In this document: positions 29,701 to 39,609 of the stretch, one piece after another | Layout: each line of letters begins with the position of its first letter | Position numbering within the stretch: the stretch's first letter is position 1 | Origin: Nostoc sp. DedSLP01 | GTDB taxonomy: Bacteria; Cyanobacteriota; Cyanobacteriia; Cyanobacteriales; Nostocaceae | Direction of reading: 5' to 3' | Length of the DNA stretch: 48,644 nt | Assembly (NCBI GenBank): GCA_034530875.2 | Contig: JAVRCJ020000015.1 | Location: 1 to 48,644 of the forward strand | Program-made: the position numbers and the translations under genes | The notes under the pieces: generated by a model | The model's input: only the letters and a program-made list of their open reading frames with translations | Told to the model about the DNA's origin: nothing | Database searches by the model: none

Positions 29701-31476
29701 TTGGAGATTTTTTCTATGATGCTCAATTTGATAGATAAAATTGGCGATGCCAATCCGCAATTATTGCGGGAATTGAAAGGACGCCTGAAATTTTTTAATG
29801 TAGCGATCGCTGTTGCAACTTCGCTACTACTGCAAGTAGTAGTTTTTTTATATCAGTTGCGCGAACTTCCTAATGAAAAATATTCACTGTTGGGGACATA
29901 CTGTCGTTTGCGTCCAATATACGAACAGCGACAAAGAGAGGTTTATCGCCAAACAGATCAATCTAAAATTAATGAATTCAATAATTTTCTGTCCAATAAT
30001 TTCTGCCCTGAAAACCAAATTGATTGGCAGTCATGGTGGCGAGACCATTGGGAGTATATATTCCTGACTTTGAGTGTAATTTTTATATTTACACTTTTAG
30101 TTGCAGGAACTTATTTACTTATTAACGATCTAGCCAAAGAAGAACGTCGCGGTACGTTGAATTTTATTCGTTTGAGTCCTCAGTCAGAAACAAGTATCTT
30201 GACTGGCAAGTTGCTAGGAGTTCCCAGTTTAATTTATCTGGTAGTTTTAGCAGCTCTTCCTTTACATTTGTGGGCTGGACATTCTGCTAACATAGCTTTT
30301 AGTCACATTTTTAGTTACTACGCTGTTATTGTTAGTAGCTGTATTTTCTTCTACAGTAGTGCATTACTTTTTGGATTAGTTAGTCGCTGGTTCAGTGGTT
30401 TTCAACCGTGGCTAGGTAGTGGCGCTGTTTTATTTTTCTTATTTATGACGATGATAATAGCATCGTCTTATAGCAATAGTTTAAATAATTCAGGTGCTTG
30501 GTTGAGACTTTTTAATCCTTGGGATGTAACCAATTATCTGTTCCCGAATTTGTTCCGTAGATCCAATGATTCTCCTCTGACAAATTTGGAGTTTTTCTAT
30601 ATCCCATTAGGAAATAGCCTTGTAACTGTTGTCGGCTTCCATTTATTCAACTATGGAGTGTGTACTTACGGTATTTTCAAAGCAATGAAACGTTGTTTTC
30701 GTAATCCTCAAGCTTCAGTAATCAGTAAGACACAAAGTTATATAATAGTAGCTTTTTGCCAGTTGATGATGTGGGGATTTACCTTGCAATATTGGGACAA
30801 ACTTTCCGATTTAGATCGGCAGGTTGAGCGAAGTTTTCCTTTGATGGCATTATATAATTTGGCATTGCTTTTCAGTTCGATCGCTATTCTTTCACCTCAC
30901 CGCCAAGCTGTACAAGATTGGGCGAGATATCGACATCAAGATAGCAAAAAGAGTATTTGGTGGGATTTAATTTCGAGCGAAAAAAGTCCGGCATTAGTGG
31001 CGATCGCCATTAATCTTATAATTGTTAGTATCCCTTGGATAGTCTGGATTTCAGTGGCATCTCCTTCTAATACATACCATACCCCAAATTGGTCAGGTGA
31101 GAATTTTGATAGGTTGAAATTACTTTTAGCTCTAGCTTTGAGTATTAGCATGATGTTAATTTATGCTACTATAGCTCAATTGATACTTTTGCTAAAAACT
31201 CCTAAACGTTCTTTTTGGGCAATTGGGACTGTTGGTGGAATGATGTTTCTACCACCGATGATTTTAGAATTACTTGGTATGTCTTCATGGAAGCATCCGA
31301 CTATATGGCTGTTTTCAACTTTTCCCTGGTCAGCAATACAATACTCTGGTGCGACAACAATTTTTATGGCATTCATAGCGGAGTTGAGTGTTCTCGCATT
31401 GTTAAATTTCCGCTTAACTAAACAGGTGAAATTAGCAGGAGAATCTGCTACCAAAGCATTGTTAGCAGGACGTTAG
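29701..31476 (+). CDS. ABC-2 type permease-like membrane protein
   Basis: NPQLLRELKGRL, KEERRGTLNFIRLSP, GKLLG, many TMs; start may be ATG at 29716. Confidence 0.85.
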   Translation: MEIFSMMLNLIDKIGDANPQLLRELKGRLKFFNVAIAVATSLLLQVVVFLYQLRELPNEKYSLLGTYCRLRPIYEQRQREVYRQTDQSKINEFNNFLSNNFCPENQIDWQSWWRDHWEYIFLTLSVIFIFTLLVAGTYLLINDLAKEERRGTLNFIRLSPQSETSILTGKLLGVPSLIYLVVLAALPLHLWAGHSANIAFSHIFSYYAVIVSSCIFFYSSALLFGLVSRWFSGFQPWLGSGAVLFFLFMTMIIASSYSNSLNNSGAWLRLFNPWDVTNYLFPNLFRRSNDSPLTNLEFFYIPLGNSLVTVVGFHLFNYGVCTYGIFKAMKRCFRNPQASVISKTQSYIIVAFCQLMMWGFTLQYWDKLSDLDRQVERSFPLMALYNLALLFSSIAILSPHRQAVQDWARYRHQDSKKSIWWDLISSEKSPALVAIAINLIIVSIPWIVWISVASPSNTYHTPNWSGENFDRLKLLLALALSISMMLIYATIAQLILLLKTPKRSFWAIGTVGGMMFLPPMILELLGMSSWKHPTIWLFSTFPWSAIQYSGATTIFMAFIAELSVLALLNFRLTKQVKLAGESATKALLAGR

Positions 31477-31498
31477 TTTAGTAATTCAAGCATATTAT

Positions 31499-31530
31499 AT
31501 CCCCGGCTGATTTAAAAAGCTGGGGATTTT
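31499..31530 (+). terminator. Terminator after ABC operon
   Basis: ATCCCCGGCT...AGCTGGGGAT followed by T-rich run. Confidence 0.65.
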
Positions 31531-31616
31531 ATTTTTTTACGACTTATTTATAACTCAATACAGTTCACTCAAGGAGAATTGTATGTTGTATTGAGCGAAG
31601 TGAAACCCAACAAATA

Positions 31617-31738
31617 GGGATTAGCAAGAAATAAATTATCCAATCTTGTGGGGTGGACATCTTGTCCGTCCCTTTCTACGGGCGGGCGAGACGCCCACCC
31701 CACAAGAAAAGTTGTATATTTTTTTATTTGGTAGTCCC
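31617..31738. mobile_element. MITE/REP-like element inside an older repeat
   Basis: Ends GGGATTAGCAAG / TTTGGTAGTCCC; internal TCTTGTGGGGTGG...CCACCCCACAAGA; flanked by AAACCCAACA / TGTTGGGTTT. Confidence 0.75.
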
Positions 31739-31837
31739 ATAATCGAAGATGTTGGGTTTAGTTTTTAGTCTTAACACCAAGCGTATTCATTTATAACTGA
31801 TATATTATATTTACTGGTAAAATATTACACATACAAT

Positions 31838-32326
31838 TTGATAATTATGCTATATACTTCTTTTGAAGAACTACGCTATACAGCTATCCAGTTTTTAGAA
31901 CAAAGCGCTCCACAACGTCTAGAAATCCTCAGGAAATTAGGCATAGCTCGTTATGATTTTTTAACTAAAATACGTCTCAATGAAGCAAATATAATTTGTG
32001 TGATGCGGTTTCTAAAATATCCCAGTCAACTAAAATTTCCTAACCTTCAAGAAGCTGATTTATCTGGTTTAAATTTAGATGGTATTAACTTCATTCGAGG
32101 AAATTTATCAGCAGCAAATCTGCAAGGTAGCAGTTTAGTCAATGCAGACCTTTTATTTGCAAATTTGACAAAAACAGATTTGAGGAATGCAGATTTACGA
32201 GGTGCAGCTTTGAATGAGACTATTTGGTTAGATAGCTTGGTAAATAATTGTCAGTTTGGCATGGGTACTGGTTTAACTCATCTGCAACGACAAGATTTAC
32301 AACTGCGGGGAGCTATATTTGATTAG
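31838..32326 (+). CDS. Pentapeptide repeat protein
   Basis: A(D/N)Lxx repeats (ADLSG, ANLQG, ADLLF, ADLRG). Confidence 0.9.
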   Translation: MIIMLYTSFEELRYTAIQFLEQSAPQRLEILRKLGIARYDFLTKIRLNEANIICVMRFLKYPSQLKFPNLQEADLSGLNLDGINFIRGNLSAANLQGSSLVNADLLFANLTKTDLRNADLRGAALNETIWLDSLVNNCQFGMGTGLTHLQRQDLQLRGAIFD

Positions 32327-32468
32327 CTTAGAAATAGGGAGTAGCTAAAGAAGCGATTAATCGCGTTTTTAGTTGTTAACTTATGTTAATGGATGTCTAT
32401 AGAGAAAAAGATAATTAAAATACAAAAAGTTATAAGATTATGAAATTGAGATTAGTTTGGATAAATTA

Positions 32469-33632
32469 ATGAGTATTAAACTGCCACAAAAATTAATGCT
32501 ACTTGGTTCTGGAGAACTAGGCAAAGAATTTACCATCGCTGCTCAACGTCTTGGAAATTATGCGATCGCTGTTGACCGCTATCCTAACGCTCCAGCGATG
32601 CAAGTTGCTGACTGCTTTGAAGTGATTTCTATGCTTAGTGCCGATGATTTAGAAGCTATAGTTACTAAACATCAGCCAGATTTTATCATACCAGAAATTG
32701 AAGCTATCCGAACAGAAAAACTTATAGAATTTGAGCAGCGAGGTATTACAGTTATCCCGACTGCGGCTGCCACTAACTATACAATGAACCGCGATAGAAT
32801 TAGGGAATTAGCACATCAAGAATTAGGTATCAGAACAGCTAAATATGGTTATGCAGTAACTCTAGAGGAGTTGATTGCTATTTCTGATGAAATTGGGTTT
32901 CCTAATGTTGTTAAACCCGTAATGTCATCATCTGGAAAAGGTCAGTCTGTAGTGCAGGATAAGAATGAAGTTGAGAAAGCTTGGAATTATGCGATCGCTA
33001 ATTCTAGAGGTGACAGCCAAAAGGTAATTGTAGAAGAATTTATTAACTTTGAAATTGAAATAACTTTACTCACCATTAAACAGTGGAACGCTCCCACAAT
33101 TTTCTGCTCTCCGATTGGTCATCGCCAAGAACGAGGCGATTATCAAGAATCGTGGCAACCAGCAGAAATTTCTGAAGACAAAATATTAAAAGCCCAAGAA
33201 ATAGCTATAAAAGTTACCGATGCTTTAGGTGGAGCCGGAATTTTTGGTGTTGAATTTTTCATTACTAAGGATGAAGTGATTTTTTCTGAACTTTCTCCTA
33301 GACCCCATGATACGGGTATGGTGACATTAATTTCCCAAAATCTCAATGAATTTGAATTACATCTCCGAGCTATTTTAAACTTGCCAATCCCTCATATAGA
33401 ACAGCTAGGAGCATCAGCTAGTGCAGTGATTTTAGCTTCAGAAAAATCTGATTCTATAGCTTTTACTGGTGTAGCCGATGCTTTGTCAGAAAAAGATGTA
33501 GATATTAGATTGTTTGGTAAACCTAACGCTCATCCATATCGGCGGATGGGAGTAGCTTTAGCAAAAGGTGTGAATGTCCAAGAGGCTAGGGAAAAAGCTA
33601 CTAAAGCTGCTAGTAAAATTAAAATCATTTAG
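32469..33632 (+). CDS. purT: Formate-dependent GAR transformylase
   Basis: LLGSGELGKE, KPVMSSSGKGQS, SELSPRPHDTG, RRMGVALA. Confidence 0.98.
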   Translation: MSIKLPQKLMLLGSGELGKEFTIAAQRLGNYAIAVDRYPNAPAMQVADCFEVISMLSADDLEAIVTKHQPDFIIPEIEAIRTEKLIEFEQRGITVIPTAAATNYTMNRDRIRELAHQELGIRTAKYGYAVTLEELIAISDEIGFPNVVKPVMSSSGKGQSVVQDKNEVEKAWNYAIANSRGDSQKVIVEEFINFEIEITLLTIKQWNAPTIFCSPIGHRQERGDYQESWQPAEISEDKILKAQEIAIKVTDALGGAGIFGVEFFITKDEVIFSELSPRPHDTGMVTLISQNLNEFELHLRAILNLPIPHIEQLGASASAVILASEKSDSIAFTGVADALSEKDVDIRLFGKPNAHPYRRMGVALAKGVNVQEAREKATKAASKIKII

Positions 33633-33760
33633 TTTATTTAACTAAGTTGGTTTATCCTTTGCTAATCAAAAATATTCATCGCTCATCAAGGTTTGTTTTG
33701 AACGTATATTATTTTTGACTTTAAGGAAGAGTAATTAGGGTTGTGCAAAATCGAACATCA

Positions 33761-33777
33761 ATATCGAATTTCGATAT
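33761..33777. promoter_or_regulatory. Palindromic operator-like site upstream of chrA
   Basis: ATATCGAA-T-TTCGATAT perfect 8-1-8 IR, 39 bp before the start codon. Confidence 0.5.
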
Positions 33778-33815
33778 ATTAATGCTGTCAACATAATTAA
33801 ATCAGGAAAATCACA

Positions 33816-35003
33816 GTGACCCAGGAAGCTGAGGATATCCAGAAACCTGAAAATGCTCTGACTTCTAAACAGCAGCAGCAGCGCTTAACGGAACTGGCGA
33901 TAGTGTTCTTGCGACTGGGGACGATCGCCTTTGGCGGCCCTGCTGCCCACATCGCTATGATGGACAATGAGGTGGTGAATCGCCGTCAGTGGATGAGTCG
34001 AGAGAAACTGCTGGATCTACTGGGGATTACGAATTTGATTCCGGGCCCCAACTCAACGGAATTAGCAATTCACATCGGCTACGAAAGAGCAGGATGGCGT
34101 GGTTTACTGGTTGCGGGAGGCTGCTTTATTTTGCCTGCGATGCTGATTGTTTGGGCATTAGCCGCCATTTATGCTCGCTACCAAACTGTTCCCCAGGTGG
34201 AATGGTTGCTGTATGGAATTAAGCCTGTAATTATTGCGATCGTGCTTCAGGCTGTGTGGAATTTGGGAAAAAAGGCAGCTAAAGATACGCCCACAAGCGT
34301 TGCTGGGGTGATGGCCATCGCAGCTTACTTTGCAGGATTGAATGAAATTTTGGTGCTGATTTTGCTAGGTATTGCTGTCATGCTACTGAAAAATTGGCAA
34401 AGCAGAGGACAGATAACGGGAGCATTCCTATTACCGTTTTCTGGCGTTCTGGCTCAGGTTAGTACCACAGCAGTGACATCAGTCAGTTGGATTAATGTCT
34501 TTTTCTTCTTTCTTAAAATTGGCTGCGTTCTCTATGGCAGCGGTTACGTATTGCTAGCATTTCTGCAACGCGAACTAGTCGAACGTAACCAGTGGCTGAC
34601 ATCACAGCAGCTTTTAGATGCCGTGGCCATTGGGCAATTTACACCAGGCCCTGTTTTCACCACTGCAACATTTATTGGCTATTTGTTAGCAGGAAATGCA
34701 GGAGCGATCGCGGGTACAATCGGCATTTTTTTACCAGCCTTTGTACTGGTGTGGGTGGTTAATCCTTGGGTTTCTAAGTTGCGCCAATCTCCTTGGGCAA
34801 GTGGATTTTTGGATGGCGTGAATGCAGCTTCTTTAGGATTAATTGCAGGAGTTACTTACACATTAGGACGAGCCGGACTAGTCGATTGGTTAACAATTAT
34901 CTTGGCAATTGCAAGTGCGATCGCTGTATTCCAATTCAAAATAAATTCTGCTTGGTTAGTGCTAGCAGGAGGAGCGATCGGATTGGTGTCGCATATTATA
35001 TAG
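33816..35003 (+). CDS. chrA: Chromate transporter (long-chain CHR)
   Basis: FLRLGTIAFGGPAAHI, IPGPNS, FLKIG..LYGSGY, GQFTPGP. Confidence 0.93.
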   Translation: MTQEAEDIQKPENALTSKQQQQRLTELAIVFLRLGTIAFGGPAAHIAMMDNEVVNRRQWMSREKLLDLLGITNLIPGPNSTELAIHIGYERAGWRGLLVAGGCFILPAMLIVWALAAIYARYQTVPQVEWLLYGIKPVIIAIVLQAVWNLGKKAAKDTPTSVAGVMAIAAYFAGLNEILVLILLGIAVMLLKNWQSRGQITGAFLLPFSGVLAQVSTTAVTSVSWINVFFFFLKIGCVLYGSGYVLLAFLQRELVERNQWLTSQQLLDAVAIGQFTPGPVFTTATFIGYLLAGNAGAIAGTIGIFLPAFVLVWVVNPWVSKLRQSPWASGFLDGVNAASLGLIAGVTYTLGRAGLVDWLTIILAIASAIAVFQFKINSAWLVLAGGAIGLVSHII

Positions 35004-35023
35004 AATTGAGCAGAGGGCATTAG

Positions 35024-36160
35024 TTATTCCCTTTCACTTGTCTGCCCCTCCACCCTTCTTGGCAAGCGAAACCAAAATCTAGAACCACCTTCTGCGCGGG
35101 GTGAATAACCAATACTACCTCCCCAACGTTCTACTGTGATTCGGCAAAAATAAAGACCTAGACCTGCTCTGCCTGATTTATCTTTGCCTTGGGAAAACTT
35201 TTGAAATAAATTTTTAACCATTTCTGGTGCTACGCCAGAACCGCGATCGTCTAGGTTAACTAAAACATATTCTCCATCCAGTTGCAGACCAATAGTCACA
35301 GCAGAATTTGGAAAACTGTAACGATAAGCATTTTCTAGTAGATTAGAAATCACTCTATCTAAACGAGATTTTTCTGCTATAACTGTGCAGTCTATTGCCG
35401 TGTCAATTTGGGTAGCAAGCTCTAATTGTACATTTTTTAATGAAAAATTAGGCTTTAAAAACTCAATTACCTCTTGTATGGAATTTAAAATATTGGGTGC
35501 ATTTTGAATATCAATATTAGGATTTTCTAAAGACGTCAACTCAGCAGAAAAAATATCTAAAATATCCTTAATGAGCATTTCTTGTTTCCAGCATTGCTGT
35601 ATACCTAATTCTAAATATCCTTTCCCTTTGGGTGTTAAATTTTCAAACTCTAGAAGTGAAAAACAGCTAGTTATAGCACTCAGTTGTCCTGCTATATCAT
35701 GCATAATACAATGCAGTAAAACATCTTTTTTTTGATTATCTTTCAGCAATTGGTGATAAATTAACTCATATTCTCTACCTTTTTGTATTAAATATTGTTT
35801 ATTTTGATAAGTTTCTTCTAGAAGTTTAATTAACAAAATTTTTTTGCGATCGAGTAAAATTGCATAAGCTTCAAATTGATATTCTTTGCCAGTGTTATCT
35901 ACTTCAGTCCAAAAACCAGAACTGAGTTTTTTTCTACTATTATTTATCCAAAATTCTTCAGCATCAATTAAAAAGTTATTTAAAAAACAAAATTTTTCTT
36001 CAGGGATTGATATATTCATCCCTGAAGTTAATTGACGAGCGCAAAATTGATTTAACCAATCAGGTGTATTACCAATTATTTTAAATAAACCTGTATTAAT
36101 ATACTCTAACGTGAGAATATTTAAAGCAGCCAGTACATCACTTGTCATAAACCCATTCAT
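35024..36160 (-). CDS. Cytoplasmic sensor histidine kinase
   Basis: H-box MHDIAGQL, N-box NLLENAYRYS, G1 DDRGSGV, F LFQKF, G2 GLGLYFC; no TM. Confidence 0.9.
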   Translation of the reverse strand: MNGFMTSDVLAALNILTLEYINTGLFKIIGNTPDWLNQFCARQLTSGMNISIPEEKFCFLNNFLIDAEEFWINNSRKKLSSGFWTEVDNTGKEYQFEAYAILLDRKKILLIKLLEETYQNKQYLIQKGREYELIYHQLLKDNQKKDVLLHCIMHDIAGQLSAITSCFSLLEFENLTPKGKGYLELGIQQCWKQEMLIKDILDIFSAELTSLENPNIDIQNAPNILNSIQEVIEFLKPNFSLKNVQLELATQIDTAIDCTVIAEKSRLDRVISNLLENAYRYSFPNSAVTIGLQLDGEYVLVNLDDRGSGVAPEMVKNLFQKFSQGKDKSGRAGLGLYFCRITVERWGGSIGYSPRAEGGSRFWFRLPRRVEGQTSERE

Positions 36161-36195
36161 ATTAAATATTGATAATTAATTTTATTGTCAACTTA

Positions 36196-36594
36196 CTAAT
36201 ATAAATTTTTATTTGATTTTTCTTGTAACAAACTCAGTTCGTTAGCTTCTTGTTGAGTAGTCAAGAGATGATTTTCATCAAAACTACTATCTAAGAATAA
36301 TACCCAATCTCCTTCTTCAGTAGAGAATATATGAATATCTACACAAATGCCATACTCTGTTTTGATAAATGGTAGAAATAGGGAATCATCATCTAGTGGT
36401 AGTAAACCTTCTAGAAAGGTAACCTGCTGTTTGATATTTTCTGCTTTATTAAGGTTAATAATTCCATATTTTGCTAATTTACCACCCCATTGCAATAGGC
36501 TACCATCTTTCTTAACCAATAGATAGGCAAGAGAACGCTCCACTGTTAAAAACTTTAAAAGATAGGCAATCACAGAAGCAGGGACATCTAGCAT
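36196..36594 (-). CDS. Hypothetical protein (possible PAS-like fold), coupled to the GTPase
   Basis: 132 aa; ATG abuts the GTPase stop (TAAATG). Confidence 0.7.
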   Translation of the reverse strand: MLDVPASVIAYLLKFLTVERSLAYLLVKKDGSLLQWGGKLAKYGIINLNKAENIKQQVTFLEGLLPLDDDSLFLPFIKTEYGICVDIHIFSTEEGDWVLFLDSSFDENHLLTTQQEANELSLLQEKSNKNLY

Positions 36595-37095
36595 TTAGGA
36601 AACCAATATTTTTTCAGCAAGAGTTTGAAAAACTTCTTCTACACCAGTTCCATCTTTAGCACTTGTTTTAATCACAGTCCAACCCTTTTGTAGAACCTCA
36701 TCTATTTCAGTAGATTCAATTTCCCATTCATCTGTGAGATCGGATTTGTTCATCACCAAAATAAATGGAACTTTCCCAATAGCCTCTTCTACTCTTGTTT
36801 GCAGATCGAAAGCTTTGTCTAAGGTATTATGCCTTGTACCATCTACGACTAATAAATAACCAGCGGAACCTCGTAAATAAGACATTCTTAGTGTTTGAAA
36901 ATCGTCTTCTCCATAAAGATCCCAAAGAATAAGGTTTAATTGTTTTTCTTGAATATCAATAGTTTTTTTATCAATCTTGACGCCCACAGTTGTATGGTAT
37001 TTTTCAGAAAAAATACTATGTACGAACCTCGACACTAAACTGGTTTTACCTGTAGCAAATGCACCTATCATACAAATTTTTTTTTGGACGGTCAT
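36595..37095 (-). CDS. Stand-alone Rab-like small GTPase (prokaryotic Ras superfamily, Rup-type)
   Basis: G1 GAFATGKT, G2 YHTTVG, G3 WDLYGE, G4 NKSD, G5 SAK; Rab-like YLRGSAGYLLVVD. Confidence 0.93.
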   Translation of the reverse strand: MTVQKKICMIGAFATGKTSLVSRFVHSIFSEKYHTTVGVKIDKKTIDIQEKQLNLILWDLYGEDDFQTLRMSYLRGSAGYLLVVDGTRHNTLDKAFDLQTRVEEAIGKVPFILVMNKSDLTDEWEIESTEIDEVLQKGWTVIKTSAKDGTGVEEVFQTLAEKILVS

Positions 37096-37109
37096 AAATT
37101 GAGATAAGA

Positions 37110-38945
37110 TTAATCAGATTTCGGAGTTAGAAATATTTTGAAAGATACTCTACGACTACTAGCACTTTGAGATTCTGATTTGGCTGCTGGCTGCAAAGGT
37201 TGGCTAGAACTTACACCGATCGCCTTAATTTGTTTTGTATTGATTCCTTGGGCTTTTAAATAAGATAAAATCTTTTCACTGCGGGCTTGGCTGAGGAATA
37301 GATTTGTTTGTTCTGTTCCAGTAGTATTAGTATGCCCAATAATTTGAATCTGCACGTCTTTACTCAAATATTTAGCAATATCTAAAAACTTGCGTATTAA
37401 TAGGGCTAAATTAGATAGTTTGCTAGCTTCGCCAGAATTGAATTCAGTAGTGCCTTCTGAAAAAAACACTCTTTGTTGTTCTATTTGTTTTTTATATGCC
37501 TCCAATTGGCTAAGCTCTATTTCTATAAGATTTTTATCTTGGTATTCACTAATACCTGGAATAAAAGGCCATAGTTTTCTGGCTTCTAAAATCCATTGAC
37601 GAGGTGCATAACCAGTTGCACTCAGCAAACCCTTTTTATTAACTTGTAATGATACTGTTGGCAGTGGACGTAATAATTCTTTAACTCTTTTGGCAGTAAA
37701 TTGTGGTTCCAAAGAAAGATAAGGTTGCCAGTGACTAATTACTTGTTTGGGATTGAGATTTGTTTTTTCTATAAGTGTATTGGGATCTACTGCTAAGGGA
37801 TCGCGCATTCCCCAAATAAAGTATTTGCCAAAACTTTGTTTGGAGTTAGTGACAACAATTCCAGGCTGGGAGTTGAGCTTTTGCAGATAGGATTGCCAGC
37901 GAAGTTGTTCTCTAATAGTAAAAAAGCCCCAAGTTCCAAAAGCGATCGCAATTGCACCTAAGAAAATCCACGCATAAGTATAATTTTTTTTAGCCGCAGA
38001 TTTATACTGAACTACCAAGCAAGCTTCTAGGTCGGGTTTGCTTAGTTCAAATGGTTCTGTATCTCCGGCAAAATTTTTAATTTCTTGACCGAACTTGAGG
38101 TGAATTTTTTCAATTGCTTCTTGTAAAACTAACCTTAATTCTTGAGGAGGATTTCCCCGAATCATGGCTGCTATTAAGGCTTGCGGCCCTTGTTCAATCC
38201 AAATTGTGACTTCTCCAAAGCGTAAACTTTTTATCCCATCTCCTTGTTGGACGCTGAACGAATCTTTGATAAAATCCTGAATAGCTGTCAACATAGCAGC
38301 TACTAAATCTGGATCGTGAGCCGCAATCTGTTTCATTACTATATGTTGAAGTAATAATCCAGATTCTTTATGAATCAGAAATATTTGTTCAACTCGATAA
38401 ATTAGCGTTCGTAGCAGTACAATTTCCGCAAATGATTTTCCCGTGCGTTGCGCTTCTAGCCTCCACTGAAAACTTTGTGGAGACAAACTATGTTCTAAGG
38501 TTTGATTCAGAGATTGAGTCATTTGCTCAAGAGCCGTAGCAATTGCCTTACGAGTAGCCGGTCCAATAACTGGAAATAATGCTTCTGTAAGCACATTATG
38601 GTCTTGGTTAACAGAAACTTGAATGGCTTCTTCAACAGTTGCTACCATTACTTCTCCAAGTTGTTTATCTTGCTTTGAACGCAAGATCACAGCTTCTGGA
38701 AGCATTTTGCTAATATCTTCTGGTTGAATCTCAGGATTTTCTAGACGCTGATAAAGTTTTTGCAGTTTAGTTGGCTCAATATCTAGCAGCAAACTACGGA
38801 GTATAGTTAATTCATCCTGAATTTCTGAGATTTGGCTGTTGTTCAATCCTTCAGGAGATACTTTTGGTATTTGATTCATTGAAGATTCATTCATTACCAA
38901 AATCTCCCAATACATACTCTTTTTGAAGTAACATTTTGCTGCCAA
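37110..38945 (-). CDS. Trans-envelope protein: helical N-terminus, longin/roadblock-like domain, TM, C-terminal OmpA-like domain
   Basis: YRVEQIFLIHKESGLLL..DLVAAMLTAIQDF; TM YAWIFLGAIAIAFGTWGFF; IIGHTNTTG..NLFLSQARS..RRVSF; start may be ATG at 38894. Confidence 0.85.
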   Translation of the reverse strand: MAAKCYFKKSMYWEILVMNESSMNQIPKVSPEGLNNSQISEIQDELTILRSLLLDIEPTKLQKLYQRLENPEIQPEDISKMLPEAVILRSKQDKQLGEVMVATVEEAIQVSVNQDHNVLTEALFPVIGPATRKAIATALEQMTQSLNQTLEHSLSPQSFQWRLEAQRTGKSFAEIVLLRTLIYRVEQIFLIHKESGLLLQHIVMKQIAAHDPDLVAAMLTAIQDFIKDSFSVQQGDGIKSLRFGEVTIWIEQGPQALIAAMIRGNPPQELRLVLQEAIEKIHLKFGQEIKNFAGDTEPFELSKPDLEACLVVQYKSAAKKNYTYAWIFLGAIAIAFGTWGFFTIREQLRWQSYLQKLNSQPGIVVTNSKQSFGKYFIWGMRDPLAVDPNTLIEKTNLNPKQVISHWQPYLSLEPQFTAKRVKELLRPLPTVSLQVNKKGLLSATGYAPRQWILEARKLWPFIPGISEYQDKNLIEIELSQLEAYKKQIEQQRVFFSEGTTEFNSGEASKLSNLALLIRKFLDIAKYLSKDVQIQIIGHTNTTGTEQTNLFLSQARSEKILSYLKAQGINTKQIKAIGVSSSQPLQPAAKSESQSASSRRVSFKIFLTPKSD

Positions 38946-39000
38946 CAGAAAAAATGCACTGACGCTGGAATAATTAAGTTTGTGCTTTTCAATTCTGGAT

Positions 39001-39609
39001 TTAAGATTTGTGTTCTGCGTTCAGCCGGATGCCTAATTCTGTAAACATAGCTGCAAGTTGAGAACGGTCTGTTTTTTCTGTACGAAGCTCTTTAACTTCA
39101 CGTTCTAGTAAAGCTAGAATCTCCTGAGATTTTTGTTGAATATCGTTTTGTAAGCTTTTGGATTGGTTGAGAATCTGCTCGCGTAGCTCTCTTTGACTAG
39201 TAATACTTTGTTCGTCAAATTGAGTAAATTTCTTTTCTAAACTTGTAGTTATATTTTTATTTTGTTCTGCAAATTCTCTCACCTGAGCATCACGTTCTAT
39301 CTGTTCATTTTTTAGTCGCTGTGTTAAAGAATCAATTTCTTGTTTAATATAGTTTTCTAAAGTATCTAACCGTTTTCTTGTCTCATCTTGCACGTTACCT
39401 AATTCTTTAATTATACGTTCCTCTAAGCGGCTAAATCTTTTTTCAATATCCCGAACTTGATTGCCAAAAAGAATTTCTCTCACTTTATCTAAACTTCTAC
39501 TTTCGCTAAGACTATGACTATTAAATTGCAACTCATTTATTGATGAATTCGATGCTTGTTGTTCTGAATTGAATGAATTATGATTGATGTATTCTTCAGG
39601 TAGGTTCAT
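39001..39609 (-). CDS. Coiled-coil protein
   Basis: LDKVREILFGNQ then heptad-rich E/K/Q/L sequence; AAGGA upstream. Confidence 0.8.
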   Translation of the reverse strand: MNLPEEYINHNSFNSEQQASNSSINELQFNSHSLSESRSLDKVREILFGNQVRDIEKRFSRLEERIIKELGNVQDETRKRLDTLENYIKQEIDSLTQRLKNEQIERDAQVREFAEQNKNITTSLEKKFTQFDEQSITSQRELREQILNQSKSLQNDIQQKSQEILALLEREVKELRTEKTDRSQLAAMFTELGIRLNAEHKS

